Of a stretch of 64,000 bases of DNA, positions 27,705 to 42,578 are shown piece after piece (positions within the stretch are counted from its first letter, which is position 1; each line of letters starts with the position of its first letter). A model generated the notes under the pieces. That model worked only from the letters and a program-made list of their open reading frames with translations. It was not told the DNA's origin and did no database searches. The DNA lies in the NCBI RefSeq assembly GCF_009914755.1, contig NC_060927.1, one strand, 5' to 3'. This DNA comes from the human T2T-CHM13v2.0 reference genome, Homo sapiens. A program made the position numbers and the translations under genes.

Positions 27705-27800
27705 GTCTATTAATCAATTAGTTAGTTAATTTACCAAACTCGAGTTAGCACTTACCATGAGCCAGACACTGTGCTGGGTTCCAAAGAGGGAGCAAAATCC
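27705..27800 (-). mobile_element. L2 3' end fragment
   Basis: ttagcacttaccatgagccagacactgtgctggg. Confidence 0.6.
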
Positions 27801-29297
27801 AAGACTTATTTGAACTCAGCTCTGAGAAGTTGGCAATCTGTTCATCCCTGACCATCATAGGGAAACTCATAAGGCTTTATCCAGGCTTACAACATACAGT
27901 GCGGGGCAAGGTCTTTCATGAATCTCAGGAGAAAATAATTCCAAAGGTGGAACTGCAGACCAGCAATTATTTCCATGAGACACGTAAAAGGATGTTCTTT
28001 TCTACAGGATTATGACCCCTATTCCAACACACATGCATACACAAAAATCAAAAATAAAATGCATGGAGTAAACAACATAGAAGGGAACCAGTGGCTCTTT
28101 TTATACATTTTTAAAAAATTCTTCCATTGTGTTTAAAGATACATTAGACAAAATTACTATATTTAGCACAATGTATGTATATAAACTTCTTGTAAATGTA
28201 GTCATATTTGAACAGGCTTTTAAACAACCACCATGGCCATTCCACATTGATGCCTTTGTTCCAGCTGAATCCCTAGTCTGCAGTCACCCCTTCCTCTACT
28301 TGTCCCAGTTACAGAGTTCTTACAGAGTAAGCTCTAACAGTTTTTCACTCTCTCTTGGATCTGATGTTTCACATATTTTAATTTTGTCTCTTCAATTAAA
28401 TGTGAGGACATAAAGTATACATGTATCCATGGATCTGGACAGAAAATAACCAAAAGTTGTTTCGTGAGTAATGTTCAGTGCATTAAGGAAGACTTTTTAA
28501 AAAGTAATCTTACTTTAGGTCATTCTACAAAACAAAGTACAAATAATCTCTTTTATTAGTTAAACTTTTAATTTTATGTCATATTTGCTTAAAAGGAAGA
28601 GCACCAATTCCTTCATGAAAATTGTAAGCACAAAACTTACTATCCACTTAGCCTGCCTTTACATTTTGTTAAACCACGTAAAAGATGTAGAAATATTGTT
28701 CATGTGAAAGACTCCTTCCTGCTTTCCTTTGTTTTCTTTCATGATAAAGCAAGTGTCTTGTTTATCTCTCAATTGACAACTATAATTTTTATTTTTAAAT
28801 TTAATCTGAGGTCTGTATCTTTTCTTTATTTACATGGCTCCTGATCTTCACACAAAATTTATCTATATTCTTTAGGAATTGATGGCCAAGCATCTCATTT
28901 TTTGTTGTCACAAAAGATTACTGATTATTTTAATATCAACCAGTCAGCCTTCATTTCAGTACCCAGTGTAGAACTTTTCATAATAGCATTTTAAAAAGGG
29001 AAAACTTCTTTGTTGAATAAAATATACAACTGTATCAATGAGTGTTTGTAATACCTTAAATCCAGGTAAGGCAAGGTTATCTTGTTCCATGTTTGTGTTG
29101 TTTTAAATCGTAGCAGCTTGTAGAAAATAAAAGAGAACTGAAATATAGTGAATGTCTTGTGTTTGTCTCACCAACACCTCCCCACCACTTCTAAAAATGC
29201 CTATGTGTGTGGTTTCTTGTAAGATACAATTATATTTTCTTTTTCTCCTTAGTATAAAACTTTGATGTAATTAAAAAGCATTATAATTTCTTCAGAT

Positions 29298-29388
29298 CTC
29301 TCTCCCTCCCCTTCTTTCTTTCTCTTCTTCCCCACTCTTCCTTCACTTTTTTCCTTCATTTTCCTTCTTTCTTTTCCTTCTTTTTTTC
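29298..29388. repeat. CT-rich low-complexity tract
   Basis: Polypyrimidine run. Confidence 0.85.
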
Positions 29389-29449
29389 TAACTAAAACTT
29401 TAAAGATTTCTCTTTAAAAACTTTTTCCCCATCCCTTTTCTGTTTTTAA

Positions 29450-31945
<2,496 letters not shown>

Positions 31946-31949
31946 TACA

Positions 31950-32140
31950 TTCCTTCTGTATCTCTCTTCCCAAAGGAAATCACTGTCTGAATTTGGCATG
32001 CATCATTTTTATACATATTTTTCTATTTTTACTACATATATCTATACATAAAATGAGAAAAGTATTATTTCATGTATTTAAAGTTTATACAGTCGATGTC
32101 TATTTTCGTTTCCTTTTTCAATGTATTATCTCACCCAACA
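31950..32140 (-). mobile_element. Old L1ME-type 3' fragment
   Basis: cccaaaggaaatcactgtctgaattt...ttttactacatata...catgtatttaaagtttata. Confidence 0.5.
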
Positions 32141-32229
32141 TTATAATTAGTTGTGTTTTTATAGCAAACACTTCAACAATACACCACATCCCTTTCTCAA
32201 TACTCAAGCTGAGGCAATAATGGAATTCT

Positions 32230-32600
32230 CCTTTTCTTCCTTGGGGTGATTATTCCATAATTGGAGTGGCCTATGAGGATCAAGTGTTTTAATTTGAGAC
32301 CAGAAAAATACTCTCAGTCCCTCTACAGTAGTAAAGCAGGAAGGGCCAGTCAGATTTGTCAGAAGCCATATTTCTAACAGGGTAGAAAGGAGATGTGAAC
32401 GGAGTAAATAGGGAAGCTATCAAAAAGAAGCAGAGAGGAGAGATAGGGAGAGAGCTAGCTGCGTTCCTTGGTTCTAATATTCTGTGAGGCTGCCTGCCCC
32501 TCCCACAGCTTGATTGTTTGAGAATTTCAGGCTTCTTTTTATTCTATTTGGCTTGTGTTAGGTTTCTGTCACTACAGCCAAGTTTCTTGACTGATTAACA
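32230..32600 (+). mobile_element. Degenerate ERVL/MaLR LTR fragment
   Basis: 3' motif ggtttctgtcactacagccaagtttcttgactgatta resembles the ends of old MLT1/LTR16/LTR33 LTRs. Confidence 0.45.
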
Positions 32601-32635
32601 ACATTTTTTTTTCCTTTTATTGAGAGAGACAGAGA

Positions 32636-32880
32636 GAAATAGCATTTGTTGAAAGCCCACTATGGGTTGATCTTTGTTCAAAGCACTATATGCATTGTCT
32701 CACTTAATCCTTATAGCACTAGGAGATAAAATATTATTATTTATAATTAAGGGATTTATAGCTCAGAAGCTGAGACACAGAGAATATAAATAATGTGCAT
32801 AAGCCAAACAGCTCGATGACAAAGTCAGACTTCAAATCCAAGTTTTTCCTACTTTGAAATCTATGCTGCTTTGCTGTTCC
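32636..32880 (-). mobile_element. MIR, near full length
   Basis: aatagcatttgttgaaagcccactatg...tctcacttaatcctt...gctgagacacagaga...gacttcaaatccaag. Confidence 0.8.
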
Positions 32881-33338
32881 CCATTATATTATGCTACGCA
32901 GTAAATAAGCCAATATCAAATGACAATTCCTGAGCAAAGCAATAGGAAACTCACCATTTGATCAGGAAGTTAAGTCTCAGCTCCCTCCCTTACATGACTA
33001 TGTGACACTGAACAAGCCAAAACCCTTTTTGGTTATCTTTCTTCATCTATACAATTTTATCTTATGCAAAGAATGTGTTATTGAGCACCAATTTTATTAC
33101 TATAAACTTCTAATTTCCCAAAGATGGTATGGATTTCCTGAGAGCTTCCCACAATCTCCAGAGCTTTCCAGCTCTGCCTCCAGGGCCAAGTAGTTTCACA
33201 ACAATAGAAAAGGGTTAATGTTTTTATCTGTCTGCAGCAAAGAACAAAGACAAGCTAAACAACCTATTTGGGAATTAAGCCTCCAAAATCAAAACTGATA
33301 GAGGATACAATTCCTAATCATTAAAAATACATAGAAAA

Positions 33339-33749
33339 TGAAGTGGTTTGGATCTGTGTCCCTCCTCAAATCTCCTGTCAAATTGTAATCTCTAATGTTG
33401 AAGGTGGAGTGAGGTGGGAGGTGATTGGATTATGGTGATGATTTCTTCTGGTTTAGCACCATCCCACTTGGTACTGTCCTCATGATAGTGAGTTCTCATG
33501 AGACCTGGTTGTTTAAAAGTGCGTAGCACCTTCCCCCCTCACCTTGCTCCTGCACCTGCCATGTGAGATGCCTCAATCCCTTTGCCTTCCTCCATGACAT
33601 GATTGGAGGCATCCTGAGGCCTCCCCAGAGGCAGATGCCACTATGCTTCCTGTACTTTCTGCAGAGCCATGATCCAATTAACCTCTTTCCTTTATAAATT
33701 ATCCAGTCCGAGATATTTCTTCATAGCGATGCAAGAATGAACTAATACA
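33339..33749 (+). mobile_element. MSTA MaLR solo LTR
   Basis: tgaagtggtttggatctgtgtcc...ggtttagcaccatccc...ctttataaattatccagtc...aactaataca, with TG...CA ends. Confidence 0.92.
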
Positions 33750-35099
33750 TAAGATATTAGCCATAATTTAGCAGTAGATTTTCATAACCCATTGCTTTCT
33801 ATTGTTTTCAAAAGTTCTTTTGATCTTAAAAAAATATCAATAACTCTTTATTTTAGCTTATATCACAAGTAATATGGTGATGTTCCATTATGAAATTATA
33901 TGATATTATTTTGTTTGTATGTTACAGGTTAAAATACAGTTTCTAAAACATAGCCTCCTGTCTTAGATTCTGAGGCAAAGTTTACCTACAGTCAAGGATC
34001 TTTCCATATTCAATAACATAAGAAATAAGTCTCAAAGTATGTTTAACTGTCAAAAAGAAGAAAAAAAAAGTTACCCTAACTGAGAAAAAAATGTTTTTCA
34101 AAGAATTGCTGTTTATCTGAGTACTTTGTAGTTGTAGTAGGGCTTTTCACACATCCCATATTCACCTACAATTTAAGAGTGAATATTAATTTTTTCCTTT
34201 TTTCTACTATAAATACTGTGCTTTGAGATTTTGAATTGGTTGATCTTTTGTAGTTTGCTTTTTAATCCATTTCAATATTTTGTTCCTGTCAAGTTTTCTT
34301 CTACTGACATAACTGTGTTGACACATATAAGCCTGTACGAAGAATGCATGAAGGTGTTTAAATTAAGTCAAACAACTGGCTAGTTGCTTATTATGAAAAC
34401 TGATGTATTGGTTGAACTTTAAAATTTAACTTTCCACTCTTCAGATTTGTGACAAAAATTAAGATTATGTTATAGGCCTATCACTTTCATTAAAACAATC
34501 CTTTATGTCACTATTGATACTGTCCTCTCCCTTATTCGCAAAAATCAGAAGAATCTCACAGCCTAGGACATACATCTCTTATATTCTAGGGCCACACAGA
34601 AAAATAAACCTGTGGTATTTTTAATTTACAAGACATTTTCTTCCATATCTATATGAATTCTAGTTTTTACTAGAGAGTTTTGTGCTATTCTAAATTCAGA
34701 CTCCTGCTTAGAAAAGCTCATCAATGCTTTGGATAAAACATTTCTGCTCTATACTCTCCTGTTAGTGCCTTTTTATTTGTTCTTATTTTCCATTTTTGAT
34801 GTTGTCAAAAGAGCAAATCTATAAGAGATGATACGAGAGTGATCATGGCTGATTAAAGTTTGAGGGGGCAAAAGAAACTATAACCTGAATTTTCCATCAT
34901 CTTTTATTCCGTGGTCCTAAAAATGATACTTCTAAGATTTCTCTCTAGATACAACTTTCTTTCAAAATAGATGGTGATTTGTTCACTTGAAATTTGTTTT
35001 TGTTGTAAGCCTTCAAAGGGAGACTGTATCGCTGGAATGGAGAAATTTCTGGGTCACTGTTGTATGCCTATAAGCACTCCAGCCCTCACACGTCCCTTG

Positions 35100-35780
35100 T
35101 TGTGTAGCTCTCATACTGTTCTCAGTCTCCCGGGATGTCTTCTACTTTTCCTCCACTTGCTTTTTAAAATCTTCTCAAAGATTCGGAATGCAGCCCTTTT
35201 CTCAGTCTACACACACATTCATTCTTTTCTGAAATTACCTTGTGTTCTTAACACTCATAGCTCTATTTTGGGGAATCAAGTTTTTCTTAAGTCCACACCC
35301 ATATAACCAAATGATCCCTGAAAATTTCTCCTTTAGGGACCTCAAACTTGACATGTCTGAAAACTGATTTATTCTCTCTCCAGAAGTAGATGTACATTGG
35401 GGTAACAGCCTAGCCTGTGATATTTCCTTCTGCCTAAGTGGACAAAATTGACAGACTCAGGTTGGGCTGATCCCATTCTTTTTACCAGAAACTAGGAAAC
35501 TGGATGGAGAAACTGGAAAATGTAAGTAGTTAGAAGGTAGCCATTTTTATGGCAATTCTAAGAAAACAATTCTCCCCAAACTCCTGTTGCCAGGCTGAGT
35601 CTCCAGATGTATCCCAGTTTCTGCCAGAATGTTTCCGTTACATATTCATACACCATTAAAATATTCTTCTCTTCATGTTTTCCTTATCTTTAATAACTGT
35701 ACCATTATTTACCTACTATTCAAGCCAGAAACCAGAAATCCTAAGACTGATCTTTCTCTCCACATTCAGTTAGTTACTTG
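35100..35780 (+). mobile_element. L2 fragments, possibly split by an unrelated insert at ~35390-35650
   Basis: acctcaaacttgacatgtctgaaaactga and ccattatttacctactattcaagccagaaacc are L2-like. Confidence 0.5.
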
Positions 35781-36939
35781 GGATAGAGATAGGGTACCTC
35801 AGGCAAGGATTATATTCTAAACTCTGAAATCATCTACAGTCAAAATGTATCCTTTAAAGATGAGCTTTCTGTCTCTCAGTAGATTCAATGCATTCAATTT
35901 TTCATCCAGGGCTTGAATAGATTGCTGTTTCATCAATTGAATAGCAGATGAAGTAATTAATTTGCATTTAGACACTAAATATCTACAAACTTTAAAATAT
36001 GAGCTTCATATACAGCCCAATGAGATGATCATGGAACCAAGGGAATTCAGGAGCTGAGGCTGACCAAAGAATGGCAGGGATGCAGTATTCCCACTGCATG
36101 TTCATTAAATGAACTCTCTTACTCTCTCTGTGTATCTTCTCAAATTAAATGAGTCTATTATGGGACTCTACTGCATCTCCTACCTATCTCAACCTCTCCA
36201 TCCCTATATTAGTTAATTTTATTCAACATAACCGTCTTTTGATATAGGAATTATTTTCCTCATTTATAGGTAAAATATTAGAGGCTCAAAATTGTCAGAT
36301 TGATTGAAATAGCATACATAGAGAAAGATCTGAGCTTCAACTCCAGAAATGTTGTGCCATTTACAGTGCATGACGTGGAATGGCATGAAATATAGGGGAG
36401 GATTTTTATGGCTGAGATAACCCAACATGGTATGATACAGAAAATGACATCTAAACTGACTCTTGAGAAATGGAGACATGGGCAAGCAGACATGGAGAAA
36501 CAAGATTCTAAGTTAAGGGAAGGCATGAGCTAAAGCCAAGATATACAAATTCACAACATATTTGGGGAAAGGTGAGACTAGTCCAGGAGTTTTTAGTATA
36601 GCATATATGCAAGGAATTAGGAGAAAACAAGTCTGAAAATTGAAACTGAGAACAGGAATTGGATGTCATCAATGAACAAATGAAATAATGGGAAGAGAGG
36701 GAAACAGAATGAAAGAGAAAGTAAAAAAGAAAGGGAGGGAAAGAGAAAGAAAAGAAAGGAGAGAGATAAGGGAAAATGAAATAAATTATTTTGTTCATAA
36801 TATTTAACGTGATTGCTAATTATGTCCTGGGCTGCTTGCGGTGACATGGAACCGCAAAAATCATACAATAGGATGCCATTTATATAAAATTTAAATACAT
36901 AAAAGAACACTAAAATGACTGTGGTGGAAGTTCATATCA

Positions 36940-37569
36940 AGGAACTATTTCCTTCATTAGAGCCTTTACTTCAGTAGCTTTCTCACTCCTAATAGGATAG
37001 GCCTCAACACAGCCTATAAAGTTCTGGTCAGTTGTTGTGTCTAGACCTCAAAAGGAAGGTGATATAAAGAGGTGTCTGATCTCCCATCAGATCATGACTG
37101 GGAACTCAGTTTTCAGGGTTTTTTCTGAGGTCCCCTTTGCCACAAAAGGGATCTGGTCAGTTAGGAGAGAGGCTGTATTAGTCTATTTTGACACTGCTGT
37201 AAAGACATACCTGAGACTGGGTAATTTGTAAAGAAGAGGTTTAATTGATTCACAGCTCTGCATGGCTGGGGACGCCTCAGGAAACTTACAATCACGGTGG
37301 ATGAGGAAGCAGGCATGTCTTACATGGTGGCAAGCTAGAGAGAGTGAGCAAGAGCAGCAAGAGTGGGGAAAACTGCCTTGTAAAACTATCAGATCTTGTG
37401 AGAACTCACTCACTATCATGAGAACAGCATGGGGGAAATGGCCCCCATGATCCAATCACCTCCCACCAGGTCACTCCCTTAAAACCTGTGGATTACAATT
37501 AAAGGTGAGATTTCGGTGGGAACACCGAGCCAACCATATCATAGGCTTACGATTATATTTTAGTTTACA
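36940..37569 (-). mobile_element. MER4-family (MER4/MER34-like) ERV1 LTR, partial, split by a THE1 LTR
   Basis: gggaactcagttttcagggttttttctgaggtcccctttgcc...ggcttacgattatatttttagtttaca is the reverse complement of the LTR start seen at 57335. Confidence 0.75.
37174..37541 (-). mobile_element. THE1D/MSTA-like MaLR solo LTR nested in the ERV1 LTR
   Basis: tgtattagtc...gcctcaggaaacttacaatca...gagccaaccatatca. 5 bp TSD gaggc/taggc. Confidence 0.93.
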
Positions 37570-40500
37570 TTCCCGCTTCTTGGCCAAGATTTGCCAGAAG
37601 CAGTATTGATTACTAAATTTTATTTTGTCCCATATCATTGCTGGGGTCATGTGGCTACCTGCCCCAGGTCCATCCTGTTCCTCAGTGAGATCTCTATGGT
37701 TAAGGGACTTACAGTCAAAAAACTTATAGCCAATTAAACATTCTAGAAACATTTATCCAGGTACTGATTGAGGTGAGAAGGCACTCATTAACCCTTAAAA
37801 TCTTTTAAGCAACATAAAAGCCAAAAAACCAAAGGCCAAAAAGTGAGGTTGCATAATTTAATTCTGGTCTTAGACACTAACTTGTAGCAATTAGCCATAC
37901 AAAACATAAGCATTTTGTTAAACCCATTTGAGTTAAGAAATTTAGAGAGGCAAAAAATCCTCAATTTGTCAGATGTTTAGGTATCTGCGTGCCCATCCTT
38001 GATCTGGAGAGTCTGAAGTAATTTTATTCCTCAAAATCGGCCTTTACAACTCATGCACCCACCTCTTCTGTGATAGTCTCTGGACCTAGAGGGATTGAAT
38101 AGTTTTAATTTCTGGCCATGTGCCTCACAAAAGCAGTTCATTTTGATTTTCACCTTCTCTTGGACCTAAAGATGAAGCTTTTACTGGCATTAATGCTCAA
38201 GTTTTAGTAGGAGTTGGTGCCTTTTTCAGACCCGGGAGTCAAAGCCTTGTAACTTAACAGCACAAAGATTAGTTAATAGCGTGTTTATCAAGGATGTTAA
38301 AAGGCTCAAAATATTTGATCAAAACAAAACTACAAGTTATTATAAAATAATAGTTATTCATTTAACCAAAGTGATAATCAAAAGACTTTAAAAGCAATAC
38401 AGAAATAAAGTTATATTAAAGGAACATTCTACCTGTGATATGCAGATAGACTACTTTCCTGTAACATGTTTTTATCTATAATATAAATGATAAATTATAG
38501 TATATGCATTTATGCTAAGAACAGAAGCCAATGTTTAATGAAATGTTTAGAAACACAAGAAAGAACATTTAGAAATCAGTGATTCAGTTTATTAACACTG
38601 CAGAAAGTCCCATTATTCTTTCTAACATGTCAAAAATGAAAATATTGTGATTTGGTGTCTAGGAGTTACTGTCTGCAGCACTTCAAGCCATTGTATTAAA
38701 GTGGTTAGGTTACTCCTCGCATATGCCTAGTAGTTAGCATTCTAGCATTCTAGTGACAAAATTATGACAAAATGTATAAAAAATATGATAGCTCCTATGC
38801 CATCCTTATTAAAGTAAGACAATTAACTTTTCTCTCAATATTTAAACAATGGTAAATGCAAATATCAGTTGTGGAAATTCAGTATTAGCATAAATAATCT
38901 CTTTCGCTTAACTATTAGAAAACAAAACCACAGAAACAATAAGCACACAATAATTTCTTTTTAGCTATTTTTAAAGATTGACATCACTCATTTACAAGCC
39001 TGACTTTTAGATATAGTACTGACAAATGATTAGGTAGCTTTCACAACTAGAATTTTCAAATCAACGCAATACTTGTACATATTTTGTTTTCAAGCATACA
39101 CAATAAGACCCAAGAGTAGTAAAAGATTTGGGATCAAAAATCACTAGAAAATCTCACTTTTTAAAATTGTTGCTTAGTTCAAGGAAATGTCACTTAAATT
39201 TAACAATGGTAAACACATATAAAGTAGTTTGAGAGAAATTACAGTCATAATTTTTTTAAAGACAAGGCCAATCATTTTTGAACATTAAAACTTTGTACCC
39301 ATATCACATTTCCTCATTACCTAAAGAAAAAAGCTCCTAAACCAACTTAAATTATTGATTCAATTGAATTATCTATTAATTAAATAAATATATTAACTAA
39401 AATTATTATTCTTATTAATCTTAAATTTTGGTGAAAACCAGGAAGCAAAAAATCCAGATCAATCAAATATTAGTATTTTATACCTGAGAACATTCCACAA
39501 TTTTTAAAAACATGCTTTTCCATATTATAACTATTTCTTAATTAGAAATGATCCAGGCACTCAATGAGCATTAGAAATAATTTAAAAATTTTAAATTACA
39601 CAAAAAGTTCACTGACAAGCATTTATCCCATTTACCTTTACTCAGTTCTTTTGTTTTTAGCAGTTTATCTACATTCCTTCTGAAAACTGAGATATTTAAC
39701 AGAGCTAGTTATCATTTCAGGTTATTTCCTTAGTAACCATCATTTTATAGCCTGTGAATATGAATATTAGGGGTTAACTTAAGAACCTTAAAGTTAAACA
39801 CATGGGCGTTTTGCCAAAAACTCAGAAAATTCAGCTGTTTTTATTAAACCAATGACATTTAATTAGTCATAATTGTCAAAAAAATTACATAAAGATTATT
39901 TTGTTTTGGCTGGGTTTATAGTTTTATAACCTTCCATGTCAAACCTTGAGACCCTAAAATATCTGACACAGACAAATATAAAAACCAGAAAAATATGTCC
40001 TGACAATTCCAAAGACATCCCTAGTAAATTCCTTTTATTTTACCAATAATTTTAAAGCTTATTTATTAAGGATTTACTTAAGTCATGTGAACTTGAAAAA
40101 TATTTGGACTTGTTTACTTATTTTATGAGTGCAGTTTTTATTTATAAGCCAATTCAGGAGACACAACATAAAACATAATAAATGTACATATACCAAAACA
40201 AATCTAAACTTGTATACACACATATAGGCAAAGATCTAATAGCTTTTACCTTAGAACTCCATGAGTTAGCAATACAAAGCCATGAGATAGCAATACAAAT
40301 TCGCCAGTTTAGAAACATGTTCACATGATTAAACTTTGTTTGCTTTGATAAGTAATCCAGAGAAGGCTGTGAACCCAAATTCTGGGTAAAGAAGTTTCCA
40401 TGAGAATTTGAATTTAAAGGCCAAACCTCCCCAGACTCTAAAGAACACTAGGACCAAATAGCACCACAGAAGAATATCACATACTAAGCAGGCCCTACCC

Positions 40501-41153
40501 TGCTTAGAACAGCAGCACAGAAGGCTAGATGCAAGGAACTCCATCCTAATTTCCTGTTTGAGGGGAAAATAAATCCAATGTTAACTTACCACTGTAATTC
40601 AAAGATTTTCTGAGATCAGACAAGATCAGGCACATTCAGAGTAATGTAACAGACTTTCCCCCACTCCATCAGCCCACAACTACATTCAGACCAACTTTGA
40701 AAAATTTTTCTCAGTGGGCTGCACCCTGTGATTGAACCCTGACCTCCTATCAACACATACACAACCAAACAATCAACAAACTAGAATCCAAATGAAGCAG
40801 CAACCCACAAGCCAAGCCCCAAGAGTGTCCAAACTGAAAAAGCCAGGGTGCATTCTCTCTCAGTAGGTTGTACTTTTTCAACCTGCAAACAGAAATTCCT
40901 TTAGGATTTCCCAAATTGAGAGGAAAAGTTCCTGCTTTCTGGACTCACAAAGGACAGTCACCTGTCCTGAAGCAGGTGCCAAATTTCAAAGTCTGTTTTT
41001 CCTGGGCAATTAGGAATCTGGCTGGGGATGGCAGTAGCTGGGCCAAATAGAGAAATAAACCAAAACCTACCTTCAGCTGAAAATGATCAGGTAGCTACTA
41101 GGAGGGCTTCCAAAAATTGTATTCCATGTCAGCTGAGCCACAAGCAACACATT
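37570..41153 (-). mobile_element. Non-coding internal region of a MER4-group ERV1 (LOR1-int/MER4-int-like)
   Basis: Lies between two LTRs, begins with a PPT-like reverse complement (ttcccgcttc) next to the left LTR, is AT-rich and has no ORF over ~95 aa. Confidence 0.7.
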
Positions 41154-41663
41154 TGTTACCAAAATGCCAGGGGTTCAGTCTAGGTTTCATGGCTCAGTTT
41201 CATGGCTCGCCACATAGAAAGTCAATCAGAGACAATGAGTATTGCTAGGGAAGAAAGGCTATATTCTGGTGATGTCAGCCAAAAGACAGGAGATAAGTCC
41301 CAAATCAGTCTCCCCCAACTGACTAAAATTGAGATTTATATAGAGGGGAAACACTGTAGCTACATGTGGGGAAAATAGGAATTAGGGAGGGGAAAGAAAA
41401 AGGCATTGGTCAACAGGAAGAGGTTGGCTGGTTAGGTAATCATGACTGATGAAGGGTCTAGCATCTCACTGTCTAGATGCAGTGATCTGGTAAGTTTCAG
41501 TTTCTTGATATTATCTGGGATTTCCTGTTGGTCAGTTTTCTGGAAAGGTACTCAGATAAGACAAATGTCAAGTGTAAGTTTCAAGTTTTATGACCAGGAG
41601 GGTCAACTTTATGCTTATCTAATCAACTGTAAACATCAGTTCTATGGGGAAATTGATCTTTCA
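41154..41663 (-). mobile_element. LOR1-like ERV1 LTR
   Basis: tgttaccaaaatgccaggggttcagtctaggt...gagacaatgagtattgctagggaagaaaggct...ttctatggggaaattgatctttca, with TG...CA ends. Confidence 0.75.
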
Positions 41664-42019
41664 AGTAGAACAAGATCAAGCACACCAGAACTTATAGATG
41701 TATGGAAGAAGGTAATAATTGAAATATTAACAAATAAGGTCTACTGGGCCTCTTGAACTTCATTGAGAGTAATCTGAACCCTATGTGATAGAAAACGTTA
41801 GATAACATTAACTAAGCAAGAGATCAACAAAAAAATTTCTCTATTCTTTCCTTTAAGAAATTTACTATTAGGGGAAGTAAATTCAAGATGTTCAGAAACA
41901 AATTCACAAACAGATGAAGACCATTGGCAAGTATGGTATAAGTAATTCAAGAAAGTTTTTACAATATAAAGCCTATGCAAATGAACAGAAAATGAATACA
42001 TTACCTATGTATTGCACTA

Positions 42020-42190
42020 CTGCAATCCTGCACTGAAATTCTCTCAAGGAAGTAAGCTAGGTTAATTAGAGGGCTCCCCCTTCCTGCGTCTCAGGGATCA
42101 TTGTCTTTCATTTCCCCATGTCCAGTGTCTTCAGTGCCACTGTTTCTATATATTTTGACTGTTTTTGTTGTTGTTGTTTCAGGTGTGATA
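42020..42190 (-). repeat. Inverted copy of 43005-43181 (old L1 5' UTR segment)
   Basis: The reverse complement reads tatcacacctgaaacaacaacaacaaaaacagtcaaaata...ctagcttacttccttgagagaatttca, which matches 43005 onward. Confidence 0.9.
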
Positions 42191-42228
42191 CACTAAACAC
42201 ACTAAATACATTACCGTACTCTAAGATT

Positions 42229-42578
42229 TGCTGTGATCTAAATGTTTGTATCCTTTATAATCCATACATTGAAACCTAATCCCCAATATGGTATTTAGAG
42301 GTGAGACCTTCAGAAGGTGATTATGTCATAGAGATGGAGCTCTCATGAGTGGCATTAATTCCTTTATAAAAGAGGCCTGAGACAGCTTGACCTTCAACCA
42401 TATGAGGATGAAGCAAGAAGGTGTCATCTAGGAGAACAGGCCCTTGCTAGACACTGAATCTGCCAGCACCTTAACCTTGGACTTCACAGCCTCCAGAAAT
42501 GTGAGAAATAAATTTCTGGTTTTTATAAGCAACACAGTTTATGATATTTTGTTACAGCAGCCTCAACAGACTAAGACA
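42229..42578 (+). mobile_element. MLT1A0-like MaLR solo LTR
   Basis: tgctgtgatctaaatgtttgt...ccttggacttcacagcctccagaaatgtgagaaataaatttctg...gactaagaca. TSD agatt/tgatt. Confidence 0.92.

Noticed and set aside
37570-41153. Retroviral gag/pol/env coding capacity
   Set aside because: No ORF over ~95 aa and no retroviral motifs in the translations, consistent with a non-autonomous internal region.
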